The notes under the pieces: model-generated
What the model was told of the DNA's origin: nothing
The model's database searches: none
What the model saw: the letters and a program-made list of their open reading frames with translations, nothing else
Made by a program: the position numbers and the translations under genes
In this document: positions 61,322 to 64,000 of the stretch, one piece after another
How the letters are laid out: each line of letters starts with the position of its first letter
How positions within the stretch are numbered: position 1 is the first letter of the stretch
NCBI GenBank assembly: GCA_038065555.1
Contig: JBBTQS010000001.1
Coordinates: forward strand, 192,741 to 256,740
From: Patescibacteria group bacterium
GTDB lineage: Bacteria > Patescibacteriota > Patescibacteriia > Magasanikbacterales > JBBTQS01
Reading direction: 5' to 3'
DNA: 64,000 nucleotides

Positions 61322-62422
61322 TTACAGCGCAAGCCGCAGCGCAAGTCCAGTTGCAACACTCATACGCGGACCAAAAGAGTCGAGCACTGGCTTGAGCGCA
61401 GACGGCGTGAGCACACGCGCCCACGGGTCCCCAATTGACGTCTTAATCGAGAAATGATCTTCCAACATCTCACTGAGCTGCGCCACACCACATGATCCAC
61501 CCGTGAGAATAATACGTTCTGGCTTGGCATTCTCGCGTTGTACTTGTTCGGAGAAAAGCAAGAATCCATACTGCATTTCTTTCACAATCGGCTGAACCGT
61601 TCGCTCGAGCAGTTCGCGCATCACGCGCTGTGTCTCAGGCGACGACGAATGACTCATATCTTTCTTGACCTGCTCTGCGTCTTCTTGACTGAGCGAGAGC
61701 ATATCCTGAATCACTGTTGTGAACGTGAGTCCACCGATCTCAATACTGCGTTGTGTACGTGGCACTCCGCGCTCCACCATGAAGAAATTTGTTCGCTTCG
61801 ATCCAATATCCACAATCATTGTTGTCGCAGGGTCAGTCCCAACAAGCGATCGAATGAGACCAAACGCCTCAGTCTCGAGACTCTCCAGCGCAATATTCGC
61901 TTGATAAAAAATCTTGCTATAGCGCTCAACAATCGACTTGAGTGTTGCAATCACAAGCACTTCACGAGATTTGGATTTCTTGCCCGGCGTTCCCTCGGCT
62001 GTCATATCTGCAATGCGCTCATCCATGAGACGCGTATCGAGCACAATATCCTTCGGATCGTATTGTAATAATTTGGTTGCCTGTGCTTGCGCTGCTGCAC
62101 GCATGGATTCTGGATCAGACTCGGCCACACGCACGACAACACTGAACACCTGTGACACAGGGAGACTCGCACTTGCGATTGTTGCACGCGCGCCGCACGC
62201 GTCATACACCTTGCGCAGACGCTGCGCATAGAGCGCAACCGAACGCGCTTCTTCCTCTGCAGTTCCTGCACGCTGATGCACGGCAGCATCAAAGACGTCG
62301 CCAATACCGTACGTAGCCAGTCGTGGTCGCGTCCCAGATTTGATGAGCTCAACCATCTTGACGCCGCGAGCGCCAATATCCACACCGAGCACGTTGGTAT
62401 TTGTTTTGGCAAAAAGTCCCAT
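61322..62422 (-). CDS. pilM: Type IV pilus assembly ATPase-fold protein PilM (actin-like)
   Basis: ORF-track 560-aa ORF trimmed to ATG MGLFAKTNTNVLGVDIGARGVKMVEL because the upstream part is antisense to cysS; actin/FtsA-like fold motifs (VDIGSKRTNF, ILTGGS). Confidence 0.75.
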   Translation of the reverse strand: MGLFAKTNTNVLGVDIGARGVKMVELIKSGTRPRLATYGIGDVFDAAVHQRAGTAEEEARSVALYAQRLRKVYDACGARATIASASLPVSQVFSVVVRVAESDPESMRAAAQAQATKLLQYDPKDIVLDTRLMDERIADMTAEGTPGKKSKSREVLVIATLKSIVERYSKIFYQANIALESLETEAFGLIRSLVGTDPATTMIVDIGSKRTNFFMVERGVPRTQRSIEIGGLTFTTVIQDMLSLSQEDAEQVKKDMSHSSSPETQRVMRELLERTVQPIVKEMQYGFLLFSEQVQRENAKPERIILTGGSCGVAQLSEMLEDHFSIKTSIGDPWARVLTPSALKPVLDSFGPRMSVATGLALRLAL

Positions 62423-62431
62423 ACGCGAAAG

Positions 62432-62443
62432 AGTATACCACAC
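62432..62443 (-). promoter_or_regulatory. Extended -10 promoter element GTGTGGTATACT (copy 2), 9 nt upstream of the pilM ATG
   Basis: Exact repeat of the 12-mer at 31775..31786; implies a near-leaderless pilM transcript; coordinates approximate. Confidence 0.45.
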
Positions 62444-62470
62444 TTTGCGCCTGCGCCGCGAGATGCTAGG

Positions 62471-63892
62471 ATGGCGCATATGCCCATCAGACTTTGGAAC
62501 ACCCTCACACACAAGAAGCAGCTCTTCCGTCCACAGCGCTCCGGCGTTGCTACGCTCTACACCTGCGGTCCGACGGTGTACAACTACATGCACATCGGCA
62601 ATTTGCGCACGTTCGTGTTCGAAGATCTGCTCAAGCGCACACTTCTTGCGAGCGATCTTCGCGTGCGCCACATCATGAATATCACCGATGTTGGACATCT
62701 CACCAACGACTCCGATGATGGTGATGACAAGATGGAACGCGCAGCACTCACCACTGGCAAAAGCATCTGGGAACTCGCCGCATTCTACACCGAGGCATTT
62801 CAGCAAGACGTTGCCGCGCTCAACATATTGCCGCCAATGCGTTACACGCTGGCAACAGACCACATCAAGGAACAGATTGCGCTGGTCAAGAAGCTCGAAA
62901 AGAAGGGACACACCTATCGCACGAGCGACGGTATTTATTTCGACACTGCGACATGGAAGAAGTATGGCGTGCTCATGAGCAAGAAGCACCTCGCAGGACT
63001 CCACAAAGGAGCACGTGTGAGTGCAAGCGAAGAGAAACGCAACGCGACTGATTTCGCACTCTGGAAATTTTCACCATCCGATGGTGGCGCCAAGCGTCAA
63101 ATGGAGTGGGACTCGCCATGGGGCGTCGGATTCCCTGGTTGGCACATTGAGTGTTCTGCTATGGCGATGAAATATCTCGGCACAACACTTGATATCCACT
63201 GTGGCGGCGTGGATCACATCACCATCCATCACACCAACGAGATTGCGCAAAGCGAAGCAGTCACAGGCAAGCCGTTCGCTCGGTTTTGGATGCACGGCGA
63301 ATTCCTCCAAATCAATAGTGCGAAGATGGCAAAGTCGCAAGGCAACTTCTTGCGCATCGCCGACGTACGCGATCACGGGTTGGACCCGATTGACTATCGC
63401 TACTTCTTGTTGCAGACCCACTATCGCAAGCAACTACAATTCTCTTGGGAAGCAGTCGAAGCTGCAGCAACAGGACTACGCAATCTCGTCGAACGACTTG
63501 CACAGGCTCCAGCGAGCAACCGCGCAGAGAGCAAACTCTCCAAGGCGATCACCGCAGCAATGCAAGATGATCTCAACGCACCCAAGGCCATCGCACTGCT
63601 CTGGAAAGCGATTGGCAAGAAGGGCGCTGTTGATGCGCGTATTGCAGAGGCTATTTTTGCCGCTGACGACGCATACTTCGGTCTCAACTTGCGCACGCGC
63701 GTTGCAACACATCTGAGCAAGCCTACAAGCACACAAGAACTCCCCGCAGATATCCAAGGCATCCTCGACGCACGTGCGCTCGCACGATCGAGCCGCGACT
63801 TCGCAGCATCAGACCGCCTACGCGACGAGCTCCTCGCTCGCGGATATGTGGTCAAGGACACTCCTACTGGCCAAGAAGTGAGCACACGCTAG
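62471..63892 (+). CDS. cysS: Cysteinyl-tRNA synthetase
   Basis: Start at MAHMPIRLWNT (second ATG 62480 also possible); class I HIGH (MHIGNLRT) and KMSKS (KMAKSQGN) motifs, zinc-binding Cys. Confidence 0.9.
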   Translation: MAHMPIRLWNTLTHKKQLFRPQRSGVATLYTCGPTVYNYMHIGNLRTFVFEDLLKRTLLASDLRVRHIMNITDVGHLTNDSDDGDDKMERAALTTGKSIWELAAFYTEAFQQDVAALNILPPMRYTLATDHIKEQIALVKKLEKKGHTYRTSDGIYFDTATWKKYGVLMSKKHLAGLHKGARVSASEEKRNATDFALWKFSPSDGGAKRQMEWDSPWGVGFPGWHIECSAMAMKYLGTTLDIHCGGVDHITIHHTNEIAQSEAVTGKPFARFWMHGEFLQINSAKMAKSQGNFLRIADVRDHGLDPIDYRYFLLQTHYRKQLQFSWEAVEAAATGLRNLVERLAQAPASNRAESKLSKAITAAMQDDLNAPKAIALLWKAIGKKGAVDARIAEAIFAADDAYFGLNLRTRVATHLSKPTSTQELPADIQGILDARALARSSRDFAASDRLRDELLARGYVVKDTPTGQEVSTR

Positions 63893-64000
63893 TACTGGCC
63901 CAAAACGCGATATACTTGACATACCCCACAAAACGTGGTATGTATTGTTGTCCCTGTCCCGTGCAACAACAACTAACTCACGGAGTTACACATGGAAAGC

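Noticed and set aside
61322-63004. 560-aa ORF-track ORF spanning pilM
   Set aside because: The N-terminal about 190 codons are antisense to cysS and lack any homology. The real gene starts at the internal ATG MGLFAKTNTN with a promoter motif directly upstream.

Overview
This 64 kb window is a gene-dense bacterial chromosomal segment with most genes on the minus strand. It carries housekeeping genes throughout.

GC content looks like roughly 50-55% by eye; I did not compute it.

The housekeeping set is:
- mreB (partial) and proS
- a UvrD-type helicase fused to a PD-(D/E)XK nuclease
- a complete F1Fo ATP synthase operon in the order atpZ-B-E-F-H-A-G-D-C
- metG-cvpA-tatD
- rsmI
- an Rrf2/NifS/NifU/ferredoxin Fe-S cluster operon
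- sod, a peroxiredoxin, gpsA, rpoD-dnaG, rlmN, lgt, gatCA, ligA, cysS, and pilM with a pilin

Two tRNA genes on the minus strand, tRNA-Asn(GTT) and tRNA-Ser(GGA), are each followed by their own terminator and then a compositionally atypical gene cluster.

The main candidate for something new is an AT-rich island of about 3.9 kb directly downstream of tRNA-Asn (38019..41568). It holds two overlapping genes of unrecognisable function: a 5-TM membrane protein of 838 aa and a soluble protein of about 346 aa.

A second candidate is a GC-rich three-gene cluster after tRNA-Ser, containing a MIDAS-intact vWA protein and two unknown proteins.

Other points of interest:
- three secreted or lipoprotein-type cysteine-rich repeat proteins, one with a long acidic low-complexity region, and a DsbA-VKOR disulfide-bond pair
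- a nucleoside 2-deoxyribosyltransferase-like gene disrupted by an in-frame TAA
- a tandem LOG-domain fusion protein
- a perfectly repeated promoter 12-mer, GTGTGGTATACT, sitting very close to start codons
- a candidate structured ncRNA of about 270 nt between metG and rsmI, driven by a TTGACA/TATACT promoter inside a palindromic bidirectional -10 region

The gene content (GerMN/Gmad2 protein, a type IV pilus fragment, many small genes of unknown function, the single-chain helicase-nuclease) would fit a small-genome Patescibacteria-like organism, but that is low-confidence inference.

I found no CRISPR array, integrase, transposase or rRNA gene. Coordinates I derived by counting characters, rather than from the ORF track, may be off by 1-2 nt.
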